Origin: Abditibacterium sp.
GTDB lineage: Bacteria > Armatimonadota > Abditibacteriia > Abditibacteriales > Abditibacteriaceae
Assembly: GCA_965199495.1 (NCBI GenBank)
Contig: CBDASK010000003.1
Span: forward strand, 4,608,001-4,672,000
Direction: 5' to 3'
Length of the DNA: 64,000 bases
A model generated the notes under the pieces. It saw only the letters and a list, made by a program, of their open reading frames with translations. It made no database searches and was not told the origin of the DNA. A program made the position numbers and the translations under genes. Positions 9,673 through 18,432 of this stretch are shown here, piece by piece. How positions within the stretch are numbered: the first letter of the stretch is position 1; each line of letters starts with the position of its first letter.

Positions 9673-11070
9673 ATGAACCGAATTACGGGACGCGGCGGGC
9701 CATTCGCACTTTTTCATCAATATCCGGCGCTTTTGCGGCTGGGCATGATTTCGACTTGCGCCGAAACGACATGGGCCACGCTTTTAATCGTTCTCGAATA
9801 TTATTTCAAGGACGAGTTGCTCAAAGGCGAAAGCTCGCAATATATCGTCTCCAAAATCGCGCTGGCGTTTTTGGCGTTCACGGCTGCCGAAACCTTGCTC
9901 AAATATCCGATGGGCACGCTCGCCGATAAATATGGGCCGCGCCGTTTCGTGATCGGCGCGCTCGCCGTCTGTTCGGTTTCGCCGATTTTGATGACCGTGT
10001 TCGGATTAATCAGCAAAACGTGGTGGCCTTTTATTCCTCTGCGCGCCATTGACGGTTTGGCCGCCGCCGCGTTGTGGCCCGCGATGTCGGCGCTCATGTC
10101 GCGCGCCGTGCCGCGCGAAGCCAAAGCCACGGCGATGAGCGTTTTCAACGGCGCCTACGTTTTGGGGCTGGCGATTGGCCCCGCCGCCGGACTTTTGCTG
10201 GGCCATTTGCTGGGCACCAACCTCTACGTTTTCCCCTTCACCGCGGGCCTGATGATGATCGGTCTCTTCATCGCGCTCAATTCTATTCCGCCCGAAGCGG
10301 CGAAAGTCGAAATGGAAGGCGAATCGTTGGCGCAAGAAACGGCGGTGCTGCGCGGTCGCCCGATGCTGGTGCGCATGATGGCGCTTTACGCGTTGTCGCA
10401 GGTCGGCATCGGCATTTTGGCGCCGACGATTCCCAATTACATCGACGATCAATTCGGCATTTCGCAGGGCGAGTTGCCGCGCCTATTGGCGGTTCCGGCG
10501 TTGCTGGTGTTGGCGATTGCGATTCCTCTGGGCCGTTTGCCCGATAAAATCGGTCAGGCGAAATCGGTCTGGGTTTCCTACGCCTTGGCGGCGGTCGGAA
10601 TGTTGGGCATCGCCGGTTCGAGTTTGTTCGCGCCCGACAAAGCGCCGGTTTCGCTTTCGTTGCTCATTTTCGGCGCCGGTTTGAGCCTGATGATCATCTC
10701 GTTCATTCTGGGCACGCCAGCGTGGCTGGGCCTAACCTCAATGCAGGTGGACGAAACAAAACAGGCGCGTGCCTTGTCGCTGATGCAAACCTCGCAGGGC
10801 GTGGGCGTCGTCACGGCTTATATTTTGGTCGCGTCTATCGGGCATCTGCTAACGACCGTCGCCAAAGTCAAAAGCAAACTGCATCATCACGATGTGGCCA
10901 AAGTCATCGAAGTCACCAAAGATTCCGTCCCGCTTTCGATGTGGTTCTGGGTCGCGACGGTAATTTTCACCGTCTGTCTCATCGGCACGCTGATTTACGT
11001 GCGCGATGTCAAACATCACGAAGACGACGAAGCCGCAGCTAAACAACCGCTCGAAGTGAAGGGATTTTAA
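9673..11070 (+). CDS. MFS transporter
   Basis: GTLADKYGPRR motif A, second-half GRLPDKIG, about 12 TM segments. Confidence 0.9.
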   Translation: MNRITGRGGPFALFHQYPALLRLGMISTCAETTWATLLIVLEYYFKDELLKGESSQYIVSKIALAFLAFTAAETLLKYPMGTLADKYGPRRFVIGALAVCSVSPILMTVFGLISKTWWPFIPLRAIDGLAAAALWPAMSALMSRAVPREAKATAMSVFNGAYVLGLAIGPAAGLLLGHLLGTNLYVFPFTAGLMMIGLFIALNSIPPEAAKVEMEGESLAQETAVLRGRPMLVRMMALYALSQVGIGILAPTIPNYIDDQFGISQGELPRLLAVPALLVLAIAIPLGRLPDKIGQAKSVWVSYALAAVGMLGIAGSSLFAPDKAPVSLSLLIFGAGLSLMIISFILGTPAWLGLTSMQVDETKQARALSLMQTSQGVGVVTAYILVASIGHLLTTVAKVKSKLHHHDVAKVIEVTKDSVPLSMWFWVATVIFTVCLIGTLIYVRDVKHHEDDEAAAKQPLEVKGF

Positions 11071-11087
11071 ATTCGCCTGAGAAATTT

Positions 11088-11765
11088 TTATTTCGTGGCG
11101 CTCTGAGGCTTTACGAGTTTAAGATCACGCAAAAGGGAAAACGTGGTTTTCGCCAACTGATTTTTTGGCAACACAATCATGCTCTGAATTGGCAAATCGC
11201 CGGGCGCGCGCGATTCCCAAGGCACCTCAAGGGCGAACCCGACTTGCTTCCACGTTAGGTGCATCGGTGTTCCGACAATGCTCATCATGACGGTTCGACG
11301 CTCTGGATGATTGTTCCACAATCGCGCCCAATCTGCCGCAGGCGACTGAATTGACAGGCCATTTGGCAAAGCGAAGTCGCGAGCATTCGTTTCGATTTGA
11401 ACGACGCGATCCTTCTGAAAAATCAGCATAAAGAAATCCGCGTGACCTTTCTCTTTTGGCTGCTTTTCCCATCGCCAAGTCGAGTAATTGGAATCATCCT
11501 CCATTTTAACAGTCGCGCCGGGAACTCCCAATATCGCTTCGACTTCTTTGCGCGTGGCGCCCAGAGCAATGGGGCCGATTCGTTTGCCCGGCACGATGAG
11601 ATGATCGCCCAACTTGATTTCACCTGCGGATAAAGCTATCGCATCTGCGGGCTTGGATGTAATTTTCGGCACAACTGGCGGTGCGGTGGGCTGTTTATCT
11701 TGTGCGTTGGCGACGCCGCGAGCGAGAACAAATGGAATAACCAAATGACAAAGAGTTTTGAACAC
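11088..11765 (-). CDS. Hypothetical secreted protein
   Basis: Signal peptide ending ANA-Q; TATACT 6 nt upstream of GTG. Confidence 0.65.
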   Translation of the reverse strand: MFKTLCHLVIPFVLARGVANAQDKQPTAPPVVPKITSKPADAIALSAGEIKLGDHLIVPGKRIGPIALGATRKEVEAILGVPGATVKMEDDSNYSTWRWEKQPKEKGHADFFMLIFQKDRVVQIETNARDFALPNGLSIQSPAADWARLWNNHPERRTVMMSIVGTPMHLTWKQVGFALEVPWESRAPGDLPIQSMIVLPKNQLAKTTFSLLRDLKLVKPQSATK

Positions 11766-11953
11766 GCGCGCAGTATAATTAAGGGATTACACCAAATAAA
11801 ACAGCTCGACCGGACTATTATCTTCATTGGTTTCCATCAACGGCTTCCAATTCGGGCCAAATGGGGTTGTGCGCGCTGATATTCCGCGTGCAATTGAAAA
11901 ATGTGAGCTTTGCGAATCAGGCTTGGTTTGAATTGACCTCAATTAATTTAGAA

Positions 11954-12265
11954 TTACTCGTCGTCCCAGCGCACCTCGATTTGATCGCTGAGCAGACCGC
12001 CCAACCAATTGCCGCACCGCACCCAGCCACTGCGCGTCTGGCCAGACTTGTCTTCAACCGAAACGCGATAAACCGTCTGGCCGCGCGAAGTCGTCCAGAA
12101 AAATGGGCCTCTGCCGATAAACGGCGCGTGCGCGTCAATCAAACGATAACCGTTATCCGCCGCCCAATTCTCGATGATAGTTCTCGAACGCGTCGAAGTC
12201 CAGTAGATCGAACCGACGATCAGCAACAGCGAAAACGGAACGAAAATGAACAAGAAATTTTCCAT
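11954..12265 (-). CDS. Small membrane-anchored hypothetical protein
   Basis: N-terminal TM segment, Trp-rich domain; TACAAT 7 nt upstream of ATG. Confidence 0.7.
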   Translation of the reverse strand: MENFLFIFVPFSLLLIVGSIYWTSTRSRTIIENWAADNGYRLIDAHAPFIGRGPFFWTTSRGQTVYRVSVEDKSGQTRSGWVRCGNWLGGLLSDQIEVRWDDE

Positions 12266-12341
12266 GATTTTAATTGTAGCAATGTGCGAGACTGCGCGCG
12301 AAACTCACGCGAAAACGGGATTGACGCTATAATTTCTTGCG

Positions 12342-13433
12342 GTGCCTCGTTCAACTTCCCACTTTTCCAACGTCGCCGGTCTGCCCAAAGACGCGGCGCT
12401 TTATTCCGATAAATGGCGCGCTTTCGTGGCCGCTTCGCCCCACGGCGACATTTTGCAAACGCTCGAATGGGGGCCAGTCAAGCGTCCCGAATGGGTGCCG
12501 TTACCGGTGGCTCTCGAAGCCGCTGGGCAATTCGATGCGACGGCACTGGTTCTCAAGCGCAATTTGCCGGGCGGTCGCTCGTTTTTCTACTTGCCGCGCG
12601 GCCCAATTTTGGATTGGCAACGCGACGGCATCGCCGAAGCAATGTTCGCGCGCTTGCGCGACTTAGCGAAAACGCATCGCGCGGCTTTTATCAAAATAGA
12701 CCCGTGCGTGCCCGACGAAACGCCCAGCATCAAAGACAAACTGGCGCGTCTAGGCTTCCAATTCTCGCCCGACGCGACCGGACACTTCGGCGGCACGCAG
12801 CCACGCTGCAATATGAAACTATCGCTCGAAGGTTCAATTGACGATATTCAAGCGCGCTTTCATCAGAAGTGGCGCTATAACGCGCGCACCGCCGTCAAAA
12901 AAGGCGTGACGGTTTATGCCGATACCACGCGCGACGATCTGGAAATTTTCCACAACATCTATCGCGTGACGGCGGGCCGCAACGAGTTCACCGGTCGCCC
13001 GCTGAGTTATTTTCAGAAAATGTGGGACAGTCTGGTGCCCGCCGGAATGATGAAATTGTTCATCACTTATCACGATAGCCAGCCGTTGTCGGCGGCGATT
13101 TGCTTTTTGCTGCCGCCGCAATGTTGGTATATCTACGGCGCCAGCTCCAACGAAAAGCGCAACCTGATGCCCAATCATCTGATGCAATGGACGATGATTC
13201 AGTGGGCCAAAGAAAATGGCTGCGAGTTGTATGATTTTCGCGGCGTGCCCGACCCCGACAAAGGCGAAATGCCGCCCGGCGAAGAAGGCTTAGTGCGCTT
13301 CAAAACCGGCTTCGGCGCCGAATTGGTGCGCTACATCGGCGAATACGATTTGCCGCTCGACAAAAAAATGTATTGGGCTTGGACAACCGCGCGGCCCAAG
13401 TTAGTTAATGCGTTGAAAAATTTGAAGCGTTAG
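12342..13433 (+). CDS. FemAB/FemX family aminoacyl-tRNA-dependent peptidoglycan bridge transferase
   Basis: LQTLEWG, YLPRGP, KWRYNARTAVKKGV, YIYGASS, PNHLMQW, YDFRG, GLVRFKTGFG. Confidence 0.9.
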   Translation: MPRSTSHFSNVAGLPKDAALYSDKWRAFVAASPHGDILQTLEWGPVKRPEWVPLPVALEAAGQFDATALVLKRNLPGGRSFFYLPRGPILDWQRDGIAEAMFARLRDLAKTHRAAFIKIDPCVPDETPSIKDKLARLGFQFSPDATGHFGGTQPRCNMKLSLEGSIDDIQARFHQKWRYNARTAVKKGVTVYADTTRDDLEIFHNIYRVTAGRNEFTGRPLSYFQKMWDSLVPAGMMKLFITYHDSQPLSAAICFLLPPQCWYIYGASSNEKRNLMPNHLMQWTMIQWAKENGCELYDFRGVPDPDKGEMPPGEEGLVRFKTGFGAELVRYIGEYDLPLDKKMYWAWTTARPKLVNALKNLKR

Positions 13434-13451
13434 ATCAGTGCAATTTGTAAA

Positions 13452-13480
13452 TTGACGTAATAATGATTATGAGATAAGAT
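13452..13480 (+). promoter_or_regulatory. Sigma70-type promoter
   Basis: TTGACG-17 nt-TAAGAT, followed by AAGGAGA and the ATG at 13503. Confidence 0.65.
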
Positions 13481-13502
13481 AGAGATTCAAAGGAGATAAT
13501 AC

Positions 13503-13898
13503 ATGAAAAATATCGCATTAATTGCCGCGAGTCTGGCATTGTTGAGCACAGGAGCCACGGCACAGGATGCTCAATCTTCTGCAAAAGCCGTTAAGGTCAT
13601 CAACGGCTCAGTCATCACGCTCTACTCATTGCCAGCAAGCGAATGGGCAGAAAAAGGTTTTAACGTATTTGCGAGCGGCGGGGTGACAGTAGACAGCAAG
13701 TCCAGCGAGTATAAGCTCGAGGGTGGAGTTATAATCGAGTTAGGACAAAACCTTAAAATTTATGCCGAAAAAGCCACAGTGAGAGGGGGAGAAAACACCT
13801 TTATCGTTCTCCAAAGCGATGGAAGAATTGAATCGAACGAAGGCGAACACAAAGTGACGCAATTTGCATCGGAAGGAACGCGCATCGAACTGCCATAA
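13503..13898 (+). CDS. Hypothetical secreted protein, lower GC
   Basis: SD sequence, signal peptide ending ATA-Q, downstream terminator. Confidence 0.7.
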   Translation: MKNIALIAASLALLSTGATAQDAQSSAKAVKVINGSVITLYSLPASEWAEKGFNVFASGGVTVDSKSSEYKLEGGVIIELGQNLKIYAEKATVRGGENTFIVLQSDGRIESNEGEHKVTQFASEGTRIELP

Positions 13899-13916
13899 AT
13901 TAGCGAACTACAAACA

Positions 13917-13954
13917 AAGAGAGCGGACGACACTTCTATGTCGTCCGCTCTCTT
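13917..13954. terminator. Hairpin terminator between the convergent CDS and tRNA
   Basis: AAGAGAGCGGACGACA-cttcta-TGTCGTCCGCTCTCTT, perfect stem. Confidence 0.75.
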
Positions 13955-13965
13955 CAATTAAATTA

Positions 13966-14040
13966 TAGGCGGTGTGAGAGTCGAACTCACCTTCAAACAC
14001 GTTATAAGCGTGCCTCTCACCACCGGTGAGACTACCGCCC
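13966..14040 (-). tRNA. tRNA with UAU anticodon (tRNA-Ile(UAU)), atypical core, CCA not encoded
   Basis: Minus strand folds as GGGCGGT AG TCTC ACCGGTGGT GAGA G GCACG CTTATAA CGTGT TTGAAG GTGAG TTCGACT CTCAC ACCGCCT A; all four stems pair. Confidence 0.88.
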
Positions 14041-14135
14041 GCACAGTGCAATTGCGGGCGGAGCTATTCGATTGCGATAATAATTCGGCTTCACTTGAGG
14101 TTTTAGTTTACTGACACAGCACCAAAGAAGGAACC

Positions 14136-14315
14136 ATGAACAACGAATTATTTGAAGAATTAGTGCAGAGCGTGCGCGAAATGGGCGCTATCAATCGAAG
14201 CGAAATGCAACCCTCGCGTGTGATTGAATTATCTTCGCCTCTCAAGCAATCATTAGATAACCGAAAAGAGGCACAAAAGCGCGAAGGAAAAGCAAGAAAC
14301 CGCCTAATTACATAG
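14136..14315 (+). pseudogene. Truncated HigA/NadS-like antitoxin N-terminus lacking the HTH
   Basis: MNNELFEELVQSVREMGAINRSEMQPSRVIE resembles the N-terminus of Cro/C1-HTH antitoxins; AAGGA SD; the frame then runs into a degenerate palindrome. Confidence 0.55.
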
Positions 14316-14358
14316 CGGTTTCTTCCAAACCTTTTGTTATTCTTGTGCCTTTTCGTGG

Positions 14359-15198
14359 CTATAAAATCAACTGAATCGGTTGCGGGCCGACGCCCGCTGC
14401 GACGTTCATTTTGCCGCGCGTGTAACCTTCCAAATCGAGCAAAACCGATTCAAAGCCCAGACTGCGCAGATGCGCCGTGGCTGGTTGGTAGAACTCGAAC
14501 ATTTTCGGCAGTTCTTCGGGCGCGATTTCTAATCTCGCTTGCGGTTTATCGTTTTCGGTGAAATGGCGCACGCGCACTTCGCGCAGTCCGCGTTCGCGTA
14601 GCCAAACTTCGGCGCGGCCCACGCGATGCAACGCCTCGCGCGTGACGGGTTGGCCGTAGGGAATGCGCGAACTCAAGCACGGCATCGCGGGTTTGTCCCA
14701 GGTTGGCAAGCCCATTTCGCGCGAAAGTTCGCGGATTTCGGCTTTGCTCAGTCCAGCGTCGCGGAGCGGCGAGCGCACCAGATGTTCGGCGCCCGCCTGC
14801 GAGCCGGGGCGCCATTCGCGCGCGTCGTCGAGGTTGGTGCCATCGCAAATCGCGTCGAAACCTTCGGTTTCCGCGACGCGCTGCAAAACGCTCCACAATT
14901 CGCTTTTGCAAAAGTAACAACGATTGGTCGGGTTGGCGGCGTAGTTTGCGTCCTCAATTTCGTGCGTCTCGACTTCGCGCAAAGGCGCGCCGATTTGCGC
15001 GGCTAATTTCTGCGCCGACTCGAACTCTTCGGGCAACAGCGATGGCGAAACGCCGATAATCGCGACGGCGCGCTCACCCAGTTCTTCGTGAGCCACGCGC
15101 AGCAAAAAGGCTGAATCTACGCCACCGGAATAAGCGATAATAACGCGATCAAATTCGCGCAAATGGGCGCGCAGTGCGGAGTATTTAGGGTTTTCCAT
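14359..15198 (-). CDS. larE: LarE-family PP-loop ATP-dependent sulfur transferase
   Basis: AYSGGVDS, NRCYFCK, DGTNLDD, WRPG, LPTWDKPAMPCLSSRIPYG, VRVRH. Confidence 0.92.
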   Translation of the reverse strand: MENPKYSALRAHLREFDRVIIAYSGGVDSAFLLRVAHEELGERAVAIIGVSPSLLPEEFESAQKLAAQIGAPLREVETHEIEDANYAANPTNRCYFCKSELWSVLQRVAETEGFDAICDGTNLDDAREWRPGSQAGAEHLVRSPLRDAGLSKAEIRELSREMGLPTWDKPAMPCLSSRIPYGQPVTREALHRVGRAEVWLRERGLREVRVRHFTENDKPQARLEIAPEELPKMFEFYQPATAHLRSLGFESVLLDLEGYTRGKMNVAAGVGPQPIQLIL

Positions 15199-15211
15199 CT
15201 TGGTAAATTTG

Positions 15212-15299
15212 CCGTAGAGACGCCGATTTATCGCGTCTGAAACGTTACACCTGCTGAAAAATTTAACGTTTTAGATGCGATAAATCGGCGTCTCTATGG
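15212..15299. repeat. GTAG-family REP doublet (REPIN-like)
   Basis: CCGTAGAGACGCCGATTTATCGCGTCTGAAACGTTA ... TAACGTTTTAGATGCGATAAATCGGCGTCTCTATGG; contains the stop codon of the kinase gene. Confidence 0.85.
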
Positions 15300-16328
15300 A
15301 GATTTTGGGGCCAACACATCTAACACGCCCGGCAGCATCGAAAGCTCCGCCGGAGTTGTGCCCCACTCGTCGCCATCCAACTGAATCGGAATCGGCGGGC
15401 TGCTTTCGATGCGCACGCTTTCGGTTTGGAAATAGCGCGCCGTGCCGCGCTCGACGTGCTGACCAAATAACAATTGAGTCACCTGCTGGACGCTGGTCAA
15501 CTTGTTCTCGAACGGAAAAAAACACAAATCGAGTTTGCCGTCGTCCAACTGCGCCTGGCCGGTGAACTTGATCGCCCACGCATACGAAGGCGCGTTGCCC
15601 GCCATCAGCAGCCACGCCATCTCGCTGTGTCGCCGTCCATCGGGAAAAGTCAGTGTCACCTGCGTGCCCTGATGCACAACAGCGTTTTGCAGACTTGTCA
15701 ATACATAGGCGAAATCGCGCAGCACGAACTTCATTTGCAAAGTGGTTTCTTCGATGACTTTGGCGTCGAAACCGATGCCCGCCATCAACACGAAATAGCG
15801 CGGCGAAGGCTGCCCGGCGTCGTGCGCATTTTGCGCAACTGCCAACTTTTTGCTGCGCCGCCGCGCTTGCGCTAAGGGCCGCGCATAGCCGACATCAATG
15901 CGCCGCGAAACTCCGGCGGCAATGCAATCGGCGGCCTCGCGCCAGTTGCGAAGTCCCAGATTATAAGCGAAGACGTTGCCGGTTCCGAGGGGCAAAATTC
16001 CCAGTTTGGTCGGCGAATGTTTGCCGCCTGAAGCGCGCATCAAACCGTTGATGACGGCGTTGACCGTGCCATCGCCGCCCGCAGCCACGACGACGGGCGT
16101 GCCCGCGCGCGCCGCGTTTTCGGCGCGTTCGCGAATCGCGCGTGGCTCGACTTCGAGGCCGATATGCACGCTATGTCCCTGCGCTTCCAAACGCTCTTGC
16201 ACCGATTTTAAAATGCGCGTGCGGTTGGAGCGCGTGGCACTGGCGCCCGCCGTCGGGTTCGACAAAATCAAAAAAGATGTCGCAGTCGAAGCGACGTGAG
16301 TGGGCGAAGTGGACGGCGAAGCGGACAT
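15294..16328 (-). CDS. Diacylglycerol/lipid kinase family protein (YegS/DgkB-like)
   Basis: NPTAG, AGGDGTVNAVINGL, PLGTGNVFA, GIGFDA, QLDGD. Confidence 0.92.
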   Translation of the reverse strand: MSASPSTSPTHVASTATSFLILSNPTAGASATRSNRTRILKSVQERLEAQGHSVHIGLEVEPRAIRERAENAARAGTPVVVAAGGDGTVNAVINGLMRASGGKHSPTKLGILPLGTGNVFAYNLGLRNWREAADCIAAGVSRRIDVGYARPLAQARRRSKKLAVAQNAHDAGQPSPRYFVLMAGIGFDAKVIEETTLQMKFVLRDFAYVLTSLQNAVVHQGTQVTLTFPDGRRHSEMAWLLMAGNAPSYAWAIKFTGQAQLDDGKLDLCFFPFENKLTSVQQVTQLLFGQHVERGTARYFQTESVRIESSPPIPIQLDGDEWGTTPAELSMLPGVLDVLAPKSP

Positions 16329-16414
16329 TTAAAATTGCGGGACGAGAAAATAGGATGCCAGAAAAGTCGGGGTCGCGCCGCGAATAAAATGATTTTCGCC
16401 AACTTGCCACCTAT

Positions 16415-16563
16415 TTAAGCGAATGAATTCGCAGCCACAATTAAGTGTCGGCCCGCGCCGACACGAGGAAATTTTGAGAATGAAGCACAGTTCTTCTTCG
16501 TAACAACTTCTTCGTGTCGGCGCGGGCCGACACTTAATTGTGGCTGCGAATTCATTCGCTTAA
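16415..16563. repeat. Long palindromic element (GCGAATGAATTCGC type) with an internal hairpin in each arm
   Basis: Perfect arms of about 52 bp, TTAAGCGAATGAATTCGCAGCCACAATTAAGTGTCGGCCCGCGCCGACACGA and its reverse complement. Confidence 0.9.
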
Positions 16564-16573
16564 CCTCGCCAAC

Positions 16574-17620
16574 TTATTTGCCCACGCTTTCCGCCGCGCC
16601 CCACAGCGCGGCTTCGGCTTGAACAAGGGCTTTGTCGCGCGCGCCTGCTTTGCTCGGCTGATGGCGCGTTTCGAGCAAAACGGCGGGCGTGCCGTAGCGT
16701 TGGCCCCAGAAGCGGTGGCACAAGGTATCCAACCCCACGCGCGAACGCGCCGACAATGCGAAGCCGCGCTGCGCGCTGCGAGCGCTCATCGTGCGCGCGG
16801 CCATGCGGGCGCGGGCGCCGCCCGACGCTTCGGCCATCGGCACGGGCATATGATCCGACGGCAACCATTGATGATTGTCAATCATCAGATGTGGTTTCCA
16901 GCCGCGAATCCAACGCGTCAAAACGCCGACTTCAACCGATTTATTTTTGCCCCAATCGCGATTCATATCGATATTCTGGGCGGTGCGGCGCTGGTAACGC
17001 GCGGCGCCATCGGGATTGGCAATCGGCACAATCAACAACGCGGTTTTAGCGGCCAAATTTTTCTCGCGCGCGGTGCGTGGCTTGAGCCAATGATAAATTA
17101 ACCGCGCGCCCGAACCGGTGGCTTCGGGTTCGTTGCCGTGTTGGCGGCAAATCACCACCAATCGCTTCAAATTCCACGGCGAAACATTGGGCGGCGTAAT
17201 CTCCATAGCGACGATGGAGGCGCCGGTCGAACTATCGCCGATAATGCGTAATTTCACTTGTTTGGGATAGGCCATCGCCACGTTTTCCAGCCACGGATAC
17301 AACTGTTCGGGCGTTTGGCCGAACGTATCGGGCGGGCGTTGCATCTCGATGGGCGCGACGTTTGGAGTGAGCGCGGCGTTTGGAGTCGGAGTGGATGTGG
17401 GAACGGGCAACGAACCGTGCAACTCCGCTTCGGTCGGCGGCGCGACATCAGGCACTGGAATCGGCGCATTGGGCGCGGGCAATTGGGTCGGTGGCGCAGG
17501 TAAATCCGGGAGTTCATCGGCCAGAGCGGGCAACGAAACTAAACAGGGCAGCAGCAAAAAGAGCGAGGGACGAAACGGCATCGCCACAAAGGATGATTGA
17601 AACGCGCGCGCGTTGCCCAC
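16574..17620 (-). CDS. Secreted M14 zinc carboxypeptidase with Pro-rich N-terminus
   Basis: QHGNE, ANPDG, DMNRDW, IDNH; the true start may be the downstream MPFRP. Confidence 0.82.
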   Translation of the reverse strand: MGNARAFQSSFVAMPFRPSLFLLLPCLVSLPALADELPDLPAPPTQLPAPNAPIPVPDVAPPTEAELHGSLPVPTSTPTPNAALTPNVAPIEMQRPPDTFGQTPEQLYPWLENVAMAYPKQVKLRIIGDSSTGASIVAMEITPPNVSPWNLKRLVVICRQHGNEPEATGSGARLIYHWLKPRTAREKNLAAKTALLIVPIANPDGAARYQRRTAQNIDMNRDWGKNKSVEVGVLTRWIRGWKPHLMIDNHQWLPSDHMPVPMAEASGGARARMAARTMSARSAQRGFALSARSRVGLDTLCHRFWGQRYGTPAVLLETRHQPSKAGARDKALVQAEAALWGAAESVGK

Positions 17621-17627
17621 TCTGACA

Positions 17628-18359
17628 CTACTTGGGCGTCGCGCCCAATTTCCACTGCGCGAAAAACGCGCGCAACGCCGTCAATTGATAATTCACGCGT
17701 TTGGCGAGCGGCAGCGGGCGCGCGGTCTCAATCGAAGTCGCGGGCACGCCCAGATATTTGGTGGCGCAATAAGTGGGACAAGTCGGAAACGCTTCCATTT
17801 TCAGGCTAAACCGTTCGCGCCCCGGTGGCGTGGCTGCATTGGCCGCAGCAGCCACGGCGGCGAAGTTATGGCGATAATCGGGAAAATCGAAGGTGAAAGT
17901 CTGGCCGTAACGCGCGCGGTCTGCGCTGTAAAATCCGCGCGATTCGTGCAAAGTCAAAAGCAAATCGGGCTTGGAATTTTTGATCAATTGCCACAGCGCG
18001 TAAGCCAAACGCTCGTTGCCATCGCCGTTGGCTTTGCCGGGAAATAAGGCGTTCATGTTGCGCCCGACGAAACGACGATTGGCCTGAATCGCGGGCACGT
18101 TGGCATCGGGCACGACAACCAGCGTGCCGCGTTGCACCGTCCAATTTTTCAATTGGCGCGCCGCCAAATATCCGGCGACTTCATCACCATGAACGCCGCC
18201 GATGACGACAATTGTCGGGCCGGGAGCCGCGCCGGTCTTCACATAATAGGCCGTTTGATAGGGCGTGCCCGTCATCAGCAGACCCGCAGTCTGAGTTTCG
18301 GCGCGCGCCACCAAAGCGCCGGAGCAGAGGCAAAAGAACGAGAACAAAAGAAAACGCAT
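17628..18359 (-). CDS. Secreted M14-like (AstE/AspA, succinylglutamate desuccinylase-type) hydrolase
   Basis: GGVHGDE, LLTLHE, SIET; signal peptide. Confidence 0.8.
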   Translation of the reverse strand: MRFLLFSFFCLCSGALVARAETQTAGLLMTGTPYQTAYYVKTGAAPGPTIVVIGGVHGDEVAGYLAARQLKNWTVQRGTLVVVPDANVPAIQANRRFVGRNMNALFPGKANGDGNERLAYALWQLIKNSKPDLLLTLHESRGFYSADRARYGQTFTFDFPDYRHNFAAVAAAANAATPPGRERFSLKMEAFPTCPTYCATKYLGVPATSIETARPLPLAKRVNYQLTALRAFFAQWKLGATPK

Positions 18360-18432
18360 CGCGTAGCAAGAATACCGCAAAACGGAACACTTAAGGTTTC
18401 AAAAGTTCTATACTGAGCGGCATCTTACTGAT

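Noticed and set aside
13966..14040. tRNA as an integration site for a prophage or island
   Set aside because: I saw no duplicate of its 3' end and no integrase in the window
14359..15198. Lactate racemase (lar) operon
   Set aside because: Only the larE-like gene is present; larA, larB and larC are not in the window
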